Below the pieces are notes generated by a model. The model saw nothing but the letters and a program-made list of their open reading frames with translations, made no database searches and was not told the origin of the DNA. Positions 37,828 through 48,015 of a stretch of DNA of 64,000 bases are shown here, in pieces (the stretch's first letter is position 1; every line of letters begins with the position of its first letter). The DNA lies in the IMG/VR virus record IMGVR_UViG_3300027736_000027, positions 32,001-96,000 of that record, one strand, 5' to 3'. This DNA comes from a virus. The position numbers were made by a program, and so were the translations under genes.

Positions 37828-39351
37828 CGATTGATCTAATTGAATATAGTGATTCTTAAGAGAGTTTACGTTCTTTTCAATTGAAACTTTAAGATCCGAT
37901 AATTGAGTTTGATACTCTTCAGATAAAGTAGAATCAGTTAAGGCTTCTTCTAATTTAGAAATTGACAATTCCAGTTTAGATAAGTCTGACTCAATTACCT
38001 TTTTATCTTCTTCAAGTTCACGAAGTTTAAATTCATTATCTTCTAACTCAATTGAATATAGTTCACTAACATCATATTTAAAATTTTCCATTACATAATT
38101 ATGAAATTGTAAACCGTCCATTTTCTTAATAAGTCTGGTTTGACCTAACTTTTCAAAGATATAAAGAGTTTCTCCAAGCGTAAATACCAATGAGTCTTTA
38201 TCTAATCTTTCATTTACAATTTTCTTAGCAAATTCCAAATTAACAATAGTGTCTAATGAATTAAATATCTTTGTTAATTTAGAACGAGTTTCAAACTGTT
38301 CCATAACAAATAATTCAGACAAGTTCATTTTAGTTAAGTCTTCAACTATATTATTATTAACAAATAGGGTTAAGTTACCATTTTCATTTATTGAAAACTT
38401 AATTTGTAAATTTCTACCGTTTGTAACAATTGAATTATCTTGCTCCTGAAAATTTAAACCTGCAAAAGCTTCGCAAACTTCAATAAATTCTGGAAATTCA
38501 GCAAGGTCTGAAATTTCGACCTGTTTAGGGATAGCCTCTTCAGTTAATTTAATAAACTTATTATCTACAAAAACAACTGCTGCTGACTCTGATATTTTAC
38601 AGAATGGGGCAATAATTGAATTAACCTTTGCGTCTCCATTTCCTAGTCCAATATTAAATCTACCTGATAACTTAGACTCAACCATACTTAGGGTATTAAT
38701 AAGTCTATTTACAATAGGTAGTGTAGATTTTCCACGCATTTTCATCTTAAGCGTATCTGCACTATATGAATTTTCTAATAATGAATTTTCAAGTTCTGCA
38801 ATAGACTCACTATAAATCATTGAACTCGTTTGTCTCATTTCGAATATTGCATTGATTACCTCTAATTTTGCACGATTTTTATTTACATAATTTGCTAATT
38901 TAGAAATAGTCTCTGCAACTGATTTGTCATATGCATACGGTGTTAATGCTTCAGAAATAACTCCAATTAGTCTAAACTCTGGAATACCCGCTAACTTTTC
39001 TTCAATTTTAGAAATTGTATATTTAAAAGTTGGATCTCCATACATCGCTGACTCTTTTAAGGCCTTAATCTTTAATGATATGCCGGCCTCTTTTGCCATG
39101 TTTTGAAGTCTCTGCGTAGGTTTTACTGCCATTTTTTTAAATTTAGCAACGACCTCTTTTAAGTTTTCATTAACTGTGGCCTGAGCTAACTGGTCAAGTG
39201 TAGAAAGTGCATTTTCCAATACATCAGAAGAAGCGACTCCTAATAGTACTGAATTATTAATTGACTCTAATACCACCTTTACGACAATACTATCTTTGAT
39301 TTGAGTATTTGATTTTAACTCTGTTGTTAATTCTTGTATGAGACTGTTCAT
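37813..39351 (-). CDS. putative prohead core/scaffold-like protein
   Basis: many VNE/LKE/LLE/ISE/INE sites, C-terminal coiled coil, GATAAATA at 39399-39406; ends in A9 run. Confidence 0.55.
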   Translation of the reverse strand: MNSLIQELTTELKSNTQIKDSIVVKVVLESINNSVLLGVASSDVLENALSTLDQLAQATVNENLKEVVAKFKKMAVKPTQRLQNMAKEAGISLKIKALKESAMYGDPTFKYTISKIEEKLAGIPEFRLIGVISEALTPYAYDKSVAETISKLANYVNKNRAKLEVINAIFEMRQTSSMIYSESIAELENSLLENSYSADTLKMKMRGKSTLPIVNRLINTLSMVESKLSGRFNIGLGNGDAKVNSIIAPFCKISESAAVVFVDNKFIKLTEEAIPKQVEISDLAEFPEFIEVCEAFAGLNFQEQDNSIVTNGRNLQIKFSINENGNLTLFVNNNIVEDLTKMNLSELFVMEQFETRSKLTKIFNSLDTIVNLEFAKKIVNERLDKDSLVFTLGETLYIFEKLGQTRLIKKMDGLQFHNYVMENFKYDVSELYSIELEDNEFKLRELEEDKKVIESDLSKLELSISKLEEALTDSTLSEEYQTQLSDLKVSIEKNVNSLKNHYIQLDQSKKKA

Positions 39352-39430
39352 TGAACTAGTTATCTTTTTTATTATTTATTTAATATATTCTCTAACTTTA
39401 TTTATCTATGGCTTTTTATAATAATTATTA

Positions 39431-41791
39431 TTATTCAGTTATCACCAAATAGTCTGGGCCAGTTGCAGCACCAGCCGAGCCGCCGATTGTTCTTATTGAT
39501 ATTCCGACTCCTGTTGGAAAAGGAATGATGTCTCCGATACCAGCTGGAACAGTAAACGCCATGAACCCGGAACCATTTGTTGGTGGATAACTATTAGCCG
39601 GCACTAAGGTATTTCCTAATTTAATCTCAGTAATAGTTGTGTTATTTACATTTGTAAATAAACCAATAGTTTCACCAGTTTTTGCATAGGTTATGTTTGC
39701 AACCGCCGCAATATTTGTGGTTGCGTTAGTATACCGAATAATTACAGGGACCGGCGGTGGCGGTACAGTTGTTGTAGGCGGAGGAATTGTTGTAGGAGGA
39801 AGAATTGTGAGTCCGCCGGTATCAGCTCCTCCTACCCCAGCAGTATTATGAGTCTGCATATGCGTGGCAAGTGCAGAAGTTGCAGCTGTTTTTTCTAAAG
39901 TTAATTGACTAATTAGAAGATTTTTTTCAGTAATTTGAGCATTGGCCGCCGCTAATGAGGCTGCATTTATGGCAGCGGTGGTAGCTGCTGCAGCGGCTGA
40001 TGTTGCTGCTTGATAGTCAACGGATGATAACCAGGTACCAGTATACATAAGAGTTTCAGTTAGATTTGGGTCAACCTTTGTTACCATAAAATTATGCTCT
40101 GAATTTTCTAATATTAATTTGGCTTGAATCGATGGAATTTTAAATAATAGTTGCCCATTTGCTAAATTAGACATATTAGCAATAAAAATATTTGAAAATA
40201 TAAAATCAGTAGTATTGCCAAATGTTAATTTAAATATTACTCCAGTAAATCCCGACACTAAATTTATTGGGGTGGCGGCAGTTGAAGTTCTAGCATTTGC
40301 ACTATTTGAATAAATGGTTATTATTATTAAATTATCAACCGGATCAATCACTAAAAGCCCTTCGCCCTGTCCATAAATAAGCTGAGTGCCGTCCGCTGAT
40401 AGCACATTACCACTGCTTAATTTAATATTTTCCTGTTTAATAAATGGAGTAGTTGTAATTATTGCATTTGCTAATTGTACCTGTAGTGCAAGTTTATCAG
40501 CAGTTAAGTCTGAAATTGACTTAGTTAAGGCCGCAGTATTTGGAGCGCTTGTGCTTATTGATGGTGCTGATCCTGTAAAAATTGAATTTGTCTCAAAGTT
40601 TTTTTGCTCAATTTTATTGTATATTCGCATTGACTGTGGACCGTTTGGTAATTCAATTTTTTGTAATTTTTTACCATACCGGTTTGGATTAATAATACTC
40701 ATTGAGGCATTTTTTATTATTTGGTCCCCATTTTTTTTATTGATTAATCTCATAATATAGTCAATTGACATTGCTACCGCAAATCCAGCCTGTTTTAATA
40801 TAGGTCGATACGTTAATGGGGTATCAAAATTAGACTCTTGATAAATCAAAGAATTTCCAGATAGCACAATATCCGAACCAATATGTTCATATATAGTTAG
40901 TTGATGTGATATTATCCATTCTTGATCCGCACCTTCCTCGTTGAGTGTTGCAATTAATGAATCTGGAAATGCTCCGTTCCATGTTGCAAAAAATTCAATA
41001 TAGTCACCGTCTTCTGCCTCTGCTATATGGCAGCCTAGTGTATCAAATTTATTAACTTGGGAAACTGAGCCTTCATAGTATTGAGTAATTTGATATTGCT
41101 CATATGTTATATTATTTGGTGCAAAGTAATCAGATTGGGTGGCCTCTGCTAAAAATACTGTAATTGGGGCATTTTTAATAAAACCAATCCCGCCAGTTAT
41201 TGCATGTTCAAATGAATTAACTCCAAACTGAGTGAAGTCTGCATCGAGCCATGGAATTGATGGAATTTTAACATCAATATACTTATCATATATAGTATTG
41301 GCTAAAAATAGGGGTCTGGTATTATAACTAAAAAGTGAGGCCGTGGTAACTGAATTTAATATAATATTGGCTAACTGGATTTGAGTAATATTATTAAGTT
41401 TATGACGGGCTCCAACAATTATATGTTCAACGTCAGTAAAATTAAAACCTGATGCAAAATGAAATCGCATTGTGTCCATTACCATATTAATACTTAATTC
41501 ACTAGAAACAGTGGTTTCTGTTATTAATGGATCAAAATCTGAATACATTGGGCTTAATGTAATATCATTATAGATTAACTTAGACCCGCCTAGCCCAATA
41601 AGACTAAAATCTCTAGTATTATGAGTCTGTGTTGAATATCCATCAGTATTATAAATTTGGTTAATACCTAGGTGCTTATTATCGACTAAATAAAATTGCG
41701 AAGTTAATAATGGTGGACTTGGATCGCCAATCGGTGTTGACCTAAATTCAAGTACACAATAACTTGATAAATTTATAAAATTTGAAATCAT
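39431..41791 (-). CDS. putative virion structural protein with Pro/Thr linker and Ig/IPT-like C-terminus
   Basis: 786 aa; Ala-rich coil; PPTTIPPPTTTVPPPP. Confidence 0.6.
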   Translation of the reverse strand: MISNFINLSSYCVLEFRSTPIGDPSPPLLTSQFYLVDNKHLGINQIYNTDGYSTQTHNTRDFSLIGLGGSKLIYNDITLSPMYSDFDPLITETTVSSELSINMVMDTMRFHFASGFNFTDVEHIIVGARHKLNNITQIQLANIILNSVTTASLFSYNTRPLFLANTIYDKYIDVKIPSIPWLDADFTQFGVNSFEHAITGGIGFIKNAPITVFLAEATQSDYFAPNNITYEQYQITQYYEGSVSQVNKFDTLGCHIAEAEDGDYIEFFATWNGAFPDSLIATLNEEGADQEWIISHQLTIYEHIGSDIVLSGNSLIYQESNFDTPLTYRPILKQAGFAVAMSIDYIMRLINKKNGDQIIKNASMSIINPNRYGKKLQKIELPNGPQSMRIYNKIEQKNFETNSIFTGSAPSISTSAPNTAALTKSISDLTADKLALQVQLANAIITTTPFIKQENIKLSSGNVLSADGTQLIYGQGEGLLVIDPVDNLIIITIYSNSANARTSTAATPINLVSGFTGVIFKLTFGNTTDFIFSNIFIANMSNLANGQLLFKIPSIQAKLILENSEHNFMVTKVDPNLTETLMYTGTWLSSVDYQAATSAAAAATTAAINAASLAAANAQITEKNLLISQLTLEKTAATSALATHMQTHNTAGVGGADTGGLTILPPTTIPPPTTTVPPPPVPVIIRYTNATTNIAAVANITYAKTGETIGLFTNVNNTTITEIKLGNTLVPANSYPPTNGSGFMAFTVPAGIGDIIPFPTGVGISIRTIGGSAGAATGPDYLVITE

Positions 41792-42018
41792 GAGTTTTGT
41801 AATTCTTGTAAAATTTTATAAAAGTCAGGAACTTCTCCAGTTTCAGACTTTATTTTATCTATTAGGAGCCGTTCCGACTCTTTTACTTCAGCTAACTGTA
41901 ATTCAATTGAATTTTTACTTAAATTTAGTATATGAGCCTGTTCTTCTAATAAATTTAAAGATTGCTGAATTTTATCGTAACTTAATACAATTTTCTTTAT
42001 TTGGTCTAGATATTTCAT
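41788..42018 (-). CDS. small coiled-coil protein
   Basis: 76 aa, overlapping start/stop codons with neighbours. Confidence 0.65.
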   Translation of the reverse strand: MKYLDQIKKIVLSYDKIQQSLNLLEEQAHILNLSKNSIELQLAEVKESERLLIDKIKSETGEVPDFYKILQELQNS

Positions 42019-43766
42019 TATGAGTATTTTACTTTTATTCCGGTACTTAGTAAATCGTATATTGCATTTAATAGTTGAGAATTAAGTTCCGATTGTGAAT
42101 TATCAACAGAGTCAGAGTCCTCTTTTGGTTCGTTAGGCTTAGTCGGGTCTTCAGGTTTAAGCGGCTGGGTATTATCAAGTTTGAATTGGTTAGCGGCAGC
42201 AGCCTTATTATTGGTTTTATTATTACTAGTATTTGTATTATTAATACTGGTATTAGTAGCGGTAGTTTTAGCGCTACTGACAAGAGTCTGTAATAACTTT
42301 TTTTGCTCCATTTGAAGTGGTGTCGGTGGCGTTTGGTTCAATTTTTTTACGTCAATCTTCTCCTTTTTTATCTCACCAGGTTTAACAAACTTGTCGGTTT
42401 CCTTCTTCTCAGATTCTTTATTAATATTAGAGTCGCCCTTAATTTGAGCTTGGGTCGGTTCGTCAAATTTCTTTTGTTCAAATTCTAATGGTTTAGTAAT
42501 ATTTGATATAATCTTCTTAGCCGCACTATCATCATCAGAAGATTTGGCCGACTCTTTAGTAATAGCAGCCGGTGTATTGTCCTTTGTATTATCCTTAGGT
42601 AATTTGGAGTCTTTTGCGGTAGGTTGGATCTTAATATCCGACGACTTAGTTTCTATTTTTGGGATTTCAGCTAATTTATTCGCCTCAGCTAAGTTAAACA
42701 TTGCCTTTTCAACCCCAGCAGGTTTTTCGGCCTTTTCGCTATCTGTCTTTTTAGTTTGTGCCTCTGTTTTTAATTGTTCCTTTTTAACTTCAGCTTCTGT
42801 TTTATATTTGTTATCTCCAGGATGCGCCTTATTATATTTTGTAATCTCTTTCTTAATGTCAGCATCTACCTTAGCTAGTTCGGTCTTGGCTATTTTTAGG
42901 GTCTCGGCAGTATACTGATCTCTATTTTTTTTATCTAGAATATATTCGTAATTGCTCTTAGACTTATATAAATCAGTAATTGTACGGCTATTGTCGGATA
43001 CGTCACTAAATGTGTTGGTTGAAGAACTTGTTATTGCGTTTGATTGATTATTATTAGTAATAGTAGTATTATTATTGACGTCTCCCTTGCTCTTTGACAG
43101 CTTTATTAACTCATTTTTCTTATCTAGATTAGCAACACTAAAATCAGTAGACACATTTGATTTATTATCAGTAGGGGTTGCTGGCTGAGCAGATCGGTTA
43201 AACACGGGAGCCGATCCATAACCATCACTTTCATTCTTGATTTTTTGTAATGCATCTGCATTAGTCAACAAATTACTTTCACTCTTAACAAACTCAATCA
43301 TGCCCGATTTACGTTGAAAAGCGTCATTTTGATCAGTTGCAATACGATTAGGTGTTAGCTCCGGTGAGTTACCTAATGACTCTTTTGCAAATGGAAAAAT
43401 AGTCGGTTCAGGAACAAGGTCGGCCTGTGCTCGTGTTACACCAGACGGAGAATTGTCAGTAATTCGCTCAGTAAGTTTATCTGGATCTGGATCAATAACC
43501 TCTGAATATCTATATAGAATAAGATCTCGAGACTCTGCAATTAAGTCCTTTAACACTCCTTTTCTTAAATTAGCTTCAACATATCCCTGGCTGTCAGCAT
43601 CAGTCTCTCCCTTTTTATATTTTGTATATTTTGTAGGTTTGCTAGTTGCTATTAAGTCTTCTTCAATAAATCCATTTCGTTGAATTACTATATATAATGA
43701 AACCGATAATCTAGATCTTTTTACATCGTTATTGATTTTATATTCAAAACTGGCACCAGTATTCAT
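42018..43766 (-). CDS. Lys/Asp/Thr/Asn-rich protein at a tape-measure-like position
   Basis: follows the gp26/gp51-like pair; TATAAATAAC at 43797-43804 (-). Confidence 0.5.
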   Translation of the reverse strand: MNTGASFEYKINNDVKRSRLSVSLYIVIQRNGFIEEDLIATSKPTKYTKYKKGETDADSQGYVEANLRKGVLKDLIAESRDLILYRYSEVIDPDPDKLTERITDNSPSGVTRAQADLVPEPTIFPFAKESLGNSPELTPNRIATDQNDAFQRKSGMIEFVKSESNLLTNADALQKIKNESDGYGSAPVFNRSAQPATPTDNKSNVSTDFSVANLDKKNELIKLSKSKGDVNNNTTITNNNQSNAITSSSTNTFSDVSDNSRTITDLYKSKSNYEYILDKKNRDQYTAETLKIAKTELAKVDADIKKEITKYNKAHPGDNKYKTEAEVKKEQLKTEAQTKKTDSEKAEKPAGVEKAMFNLAEANKLAEIPKIETKSSDIKIQPTAKDSKLPKDNTKDNTPAAITKESAKSSDDDSAAKKIISNITKPLEFEQKKFDEPTQAQIKGDSNINKESEKKETDKFVKPGEIKKEKIDVKKLNQTPPTPLQMEQKKLLQTLVSSAKTTATNTSINNTNTSNNKTNNKAAAANQFKLDNTQPLKPEDPTKPNEPKEDSDSVDNSQSELNSQLLNAIYDLLSTGIKVKYS

Positions 43767-43806
43767 TTAATTAAATAATTTAGTATTTCTTTTGGTTATT
43801 TATAAT

Positions 43807-43846
43807 AAAAAAACCAAACTGGCTAATTAAGCTGGCCGGTTTGGTT
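43807..43846 (-). terminator. terminator hairpin with U-tract
   Basis: AACCAAACCGGC...GCCAGTTTGGTT-TTTTT on the minus strand. Confidence 0.6.
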
Positions 43847-44006
43847 CAAGTTCAAAGACTTCATTTAAATTTTCATTAGTCTCATTTATTAAAAGTTTTA
43901 AATAGTACATATATTCATAATAAGGTAATTCATATAGACTATTAAATGATTGATTAAGCTTCACTGCCAGAATCCGGTTAATATCAAATAAGTTCGTCAA
44001 GTCCAC
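43827..44006 (-). CDS. gp51-like / tail-chaperone second ORF (59 aa, absent from ORF track)
   Basis: VDLTNLFDINRILAVKLNQSFNSLYELPYYEYMYYLKLL; overlaps the upstream gene in its +1 frame. Confidence 0.7.
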   Translation of the reverse strand: MDLTNLFDINRILAVKLNQSFNSLYELPYYEYMYYLKLLINETNENLNEVFELEPNRPA

Positions 44007-44991
44007 CTGAAATAAGGAAAAAATCCCTAAACGTGAAGCTGGACTGTGTAAAAAGAGGTGATGTTACCTTGTTTCCACAATTTGGACAAACTGTATTTAC
44101 AACAGATTCTCTAGCATTTTCTATTAATTCGGTAAACTTTTTAATAAATGTAAATTTATTAATATGCCAAGCATAAGAGGTATTAATCAAGTTATAATAT
44201 TCCTGTTGAGTAAATGACTGCCAGTCTTGAATTAAATAGGATGATACTGATAAAAATGCCATATCTGGTTTTCGATTTTTAGATCGAGCCTCAGCAATTC
44301 TGGCCCTTAATCGTTCAATTGCTCCAATCGTTGGCATATATAAATAAAAAGTCTCATTTAATTTTTCGGACTTTACTTCAAAGCATCTATATTCAGCTGA
44401 ATAATATTTCATTACTTCCTCAGGTAAGTCAATAAAGTTTAACATTGAACTCTTAATCTTAACTGAGTCTTTCCATTTAACCGGGCCTTTACATGATTCA
44501 GTACACTCAAATTCTGCAAATAATGAATTTTGATCAGCCGGAAATGTTAATTCTTGAATTAGAAAAATAATAGCAACTCTATCTAATTCTGAAATATCTC
44601 TCCATGATAACCATGAAGTTCCGCCTTTTATTTTAAATCGACTGCACTTTTCAATAACATAATTTAGTTTATCATCAATATCTAATATGTCAGAGTCATC
44701 AATGGTAGACCAGTGTCTAATTTCAGCAACTGTTGCTGCCTTTATTGTAATCTCTGCACCTGCTGGATAAAATAGTCCTTTACTTGGCAGGTTTTCAATT
44801 GGAATATTTTTCCAAAGTGAATCATTTGGGCCGCCAATTGTAGACTCTAGCATTGGAGTTAAGGCATTACCTAATGAGGTAACTGGAGCAGGTTGAGCTA
44901 CCTTTTTAATATCAACATTTTTTCCGTAAATCTTATCTTGATTTTCCAAAAAAAGTGCAGCCTCATCTAATGGTTGTTCTTCTTCTATCAT
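43984..44991 (-). CDS. T4 gp26-like baseplate hub / tail assembly chaperone
   Basis: LPSKGLFY, ECTESC, CPNCG, terminal FRDFF. Confidence 0.75.
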   Translation of the reverse strand: MIEEEQPLDEAALFLENQDKIYGKNVDIKKVAQPAPVTSLGNALTPMLESTIGGPNDSLWKNIPIENLPSKGLFYPAGAEITIKAATVAEIRHWSTIDDSDILDIDDKLNYVIEKCSRFKIKGGTSWLSWRDISELDRVAIIFLIQELTFPADQNSLFAEFECTESCKGPVKWKDSVKIKSSMLNFIDLPEEVMKYYSAEYRCFEVKSEKLNETFYLYMPTIGAIERLRARIAEARSKNRKPDMAFLSVSSYLIQDWQSFTQQEYYNLINTSYAWHINKFTFIKKFTELIENARESVVNTVCPNCGNKVTSPLFTQSSFTFRDFFLISGGLDELI

Positions 44992-45014
44992 AATTAATTG
45001 AGTTGTTTAGATAA

Positions 45015-45467
45015 TTATATCACAAATGCTAGGAAGGTTTTCGCTAGGTATGATTTGGATTCGGTTAATCGGTTTAAACTTTCTGGATAAACTTCAACTT
45101 TCTTGAAGGTCTGTTGATCAGTAATAAATGCTCTAATTGTCTTGGTTCCTTTATCTATTGTCATGCCTTCGAATTTACCAATTATCATAGTTGGTTCCTT
45201 TTTCTTATTGGTAAATGTTGAATTAATTTTTACACCAGTAATTCTAGAGCCTTTTTTAAATTGATTATTTAGAGCTTTAAGATCAATATCAAATTCGTCA
45301 GTTACAACCACTTCAGGTCTAGATAAATCAGCTAATGGCAGTAATTTAATTGAAATACCATTACTAAATGGCGATTTTGAGGCAACAAAATTAAAGTCAG
45401 ATTTTCCATAAAATGGAAGACCTGTTAGTGCTTGCTGTCTTTGACCAAAGGTTAAAACTGGTACCAT
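45015..45467 (-). CDS. hypothetical protein with C-terminal leader-like motif
   Basis: ends LTESKSYLAKTFLAFVI. Confidence 0.65.
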   Translation of the reverse strand: MVPVLTFGQRQQALTGLPFYGKSDFNFVASKSPFSNGISIKLLPLADLSRPEVVVTDEFDIDLKALNNQFKKGSRITGVKINSTFTNKKKEPTMIIGKFEGMTIDKGTKTIRAFITDQQTFKKVEVYPESLNRLTESKSYLAKTFLAFVI

Positions 45468-45793
45468 TATAGAGAAACTTGAGTATTTGTTGTACCTAAT
45501 AAAGTAACTGGTCCACTTGTGCCAACCGTTAATTTTGAAATATTTGCATAAAAAGTATCTCCTTGAGCTACATAAACGCTTACGCCAGTTCCAGCAGTTC
45601 CTTGTTCAACTGTCCATACTGAAATTGTTTGAGCAGCACTATAGTTATGTACACCATAATACAGGGGAGTCCATGAACCAACTGATCCATTTGAGCTTCC
45701 AAAACCGGATAGGTCAGTAAAAGCTGGGGTATAATTTGTTGAATTCTCAGCAACCGTATGTTTTCTTAAAAATTTAGCAGGGGGTCCAATCAT
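45467..45793 (-). CDS. putative structural protein
   Basis: 108-aa Ser/Thr/Gly-rich ORF in morphogenesis operon. Confidence 0.55.
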   Translation of the reverse strand: MIGPPAKFLRKHTVAENSTNYTPAFTDLSGFGSSNGSVGSWTPLYYGVHNYSAAQTISVWTVEQGTAGTGVSVYVAQGDTFYANISKLTVGTSGPVTLLGTTNTQVSL

Positions 45794-45808
45794 TTTAATA
45801 TCTTTTTT

Positions 45809-46477
45809 TTAACAAGCACAATCGCTTGGGTCTTCATTACTTTTTACATATACAATTAATCCAGTTACTTTAATACTAAAATTATCATTTGGATTAAATA
45901 TCTCTATTTTATTTATCAAACTATCCGCTCCCCTGGTTTCAGGATTAGAGAAATGAGCGAAGAACTGATGTAATGAAACTGTATGGGTTTCAAGAGTTCG
46001 ATTTGTTAATATTAAGTTACATTCATGATCTGCTGGTAATATATCATCTCCGTTTTTATCAAGAGATGGATAGGTTACATATAGTATACATCCTCTAGCA
46101 TAGTTTCGGTCATTTGCCGTTAAGTAAAAAACTGTACCATTTCCAACCGATTCAATATATTCAGCGTCAGCTCCAAGTGGATAATTAGATGGAGTACCGG
46201 ATGCAGTATAGGAACTAATATCATCTAATCCATTATCAAATATTGATAAGGTTTCATTTGCGCATACTTCAAAATTAATTGATAATTGTCCATCTACTGG
46301 ATAAATAAACTCCTCTAATTCACAAAAGGTAGCCTCTTTCTTTGACCCATTAAAAATAGAAAAACATCGGTCTACTAGTTTTAAAAATTTCTTACTTGGA
46401 AATTTACTACATAGATTGGCATATGCTGCACTAACTCTTTTAGCTAAAGGATCGTCCTTATATGTGATATATGACAT
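45809..46477 (-). CDS. hypothetical (putative structural) protein
   Basis: 222 aa in morphogenesis operon. Confidence 0.6.
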   Translation of the reverse strand: MSYITYKDDPLAKRVSAAYANLCSKFPSKKFLKLVDRCFSIFNGSKKEATFCELEEFIYPVDGQLSINFEVCANETLSIFDNGLDDISSYTASGTPSNYPLGADAEYIESVGNGTVFYLTANDRNYARGCILYVTYPSLDKNGDDILPADHECNLILTNRTLETHTVSLHQFFAHFSNPETRGADSLINKIEIFNPNDNFSIKVTGLIVYVKSNEDPSDCAC

Positions 46478-46493
46478 TCATCAGTTAATATTT

Positions 46494-47183
46494 TTATGGA
46501 TCAAATGGTTTTTTTAAACCACTAAACCCTCTTGCAATGGCTGAATCTGTTATTTTAATGGATCCTCTAGGCTTATTAGGCTCAGGAGTATCTACAATAA
46601 CTGGCTCAGCCGGTTCACTTGGTAAATATTGATCCATATAAGTAGTATTAGTGTCCTCAATTGGATCAGGCTCAATACTATTTATTATAGGAGTTGCTGA
46701 TTTAATGTCAGGTTCAATTATATTATCTGATTTAACCTCAATTGGCTCAGGACTTGGCTTAATATAGTCAACCAGTGCTTTAATAAAGCCCAAGGCAATG
46801 ACTGGTAAAATTGCACCGCTTACAATTGATAAAATTCGCTTTTGATAGATTGGGTCCTCTTCGCTTAATCCAAACAGTTCAATCCAACCTTGGAAGTTTT
46901 CTAAATTAATATAGGCATAGTAGGTATTACCCATTGCCTGCATGCATGTTAAAATAATAAAAAGCCCCCATACAATACCCTTATTCATTTTATCAAGGGT
47001 TATTAATGACGCCAATGAGGCAGCTGCTCCAATTTCAAATGCAATAGCCAAGCTTATAGCTAACCATTGCGGATTTGATAATTCAAAAAAGCTGATTACG
47101 TGAATTGTAGAGATAACTGATACTAACAGGTATAGAGTTACAAATGTGCTAATTATAAAATATTTAACAGTATTTGACCCCAT
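46494..47183 (-). CDS. multi-pass membrane protein
   Basis: four hydrophobic helices then a Pro/Glu-rich tail. Confidence 0.75.
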   Translation of the reverse strand: MGSNTVKYFIISTFVTLYLLVSVISTIHVISFFELSNPQWLAISLAIAFEIGAAASLASLITLDKMNKGIVWGLFIILTCMQAMGNTYYAYINLENFQGWIELFGLSEEDPIYQKRILSIVSGAILPVIALGFIKALVDYIKPSPEPIEVKSDNIIEPDIKSATPIINSIEPDPIEDTNTTYMDQYLPSEPAEPVIVDTPEPNKPRGSIKITDSAIARGFSGLKKPFDP

Positions 47184-47485
47184 TACTTAGTTGATTCAAT
47201 CTTTTTAATCTCTTTATCAATTTCAGCTTGACGATTTACATCAAATATCTTACGGTCAGTTGATTGAATCATTCTTTTTTCAGATTTTAAACCCTCAATT
47301 TCAATTAATTTAGCAATATCATTTTTAGTAAATAAAATAGCCTGAATTGAATCTAATCGAGCATTTGTCATTTTTGACTGCTTTTCTAAACTTGAAGACT
47401 TTCGTGAAATTGTACACATTTGTATAAAGGTAATAATCGATACAATAATTACAATTTTAGTAAAGTGTTGATCTATAAATTTCAT
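47183..47485 (-). CDS. membrane-anchored coiled-coil protein
   Basis: N-terminal TM ending FIQMC, then coil. Confidence 0.65.
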   Translation of the reverse strand: MKFIDQHFTKIVIIVSIITFIQMCTISRKSSSLEKQSKMTNARLDSIQAILFTKNDIAKLIEIEGLKSEKRMIQSTDRKIFDVNRQAEIDKEIKKIESTK

Positions 47486-47511
47486 TTGTAATTTATTTTT
47501 TAGTTATTTAT

Positions 47512-48012
47512 TTACTTTCGGTTAATAAAGTCCCCAAACCATGTTTGGATTTGAGTATAGTTTAAACAGCCAGTATAGATCCAATAGGCAATAAAAGTTA
47601 AACAGGTTAACCAGCTTAATACATATACGTGGTTTGACACAGTAGCCATTGGTCTATATTTAATTTGAATTAGGTAGGCATAGTATTCAGAGGTTTTAAT
47701 TCTGTCAGTTTTTGCCTCAATTAATTCAGTTAAATTATGGGTTTCAAAAAGTTCCTTCTTTTTAGCTAATGATTCAAATACTCTACTTTTTTCTAAGTCT
47801 AGTGTATCTTGGCCCATCATTAATAATTCAGGTTCAATATTTAATACATAATATGCCCTAGCTCGGCGGTCTAATCTTAAACCTGTCTGTTTTAGAATTC
47901 CACTTTTATTGATATCGGACATTTTTGTTCTATAAAAAATAAAATTTTTTAAATTTTTAATTATGATTACGGTAGTTTCATAAAAAGTAACAGGGTTAAT
48001 AAAATCTTTCAT
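47512..48012 (-). CDS. hypothetical protein with C-terminal TM
   Basis: VYVLSWLTCLTFIAYWIY. Confidence 0.65.
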   Translation of the reverse strand: MKDFINPVTFYETTVIIIKNLKNFIFYRTKMSDINKSGILKQTGLRLDRRARAYYVLNIEPELLMMGQDTLDLEKSRVFESLAKKKELFETHNLTELIEAKTDRIKTSEYYAYLIQIKYRPMATVSNHVYVLSWLTCLTFIAYWIYTGCLNYTQIQTWFGDFINRK

Positions 48013-48015
48013 AAT

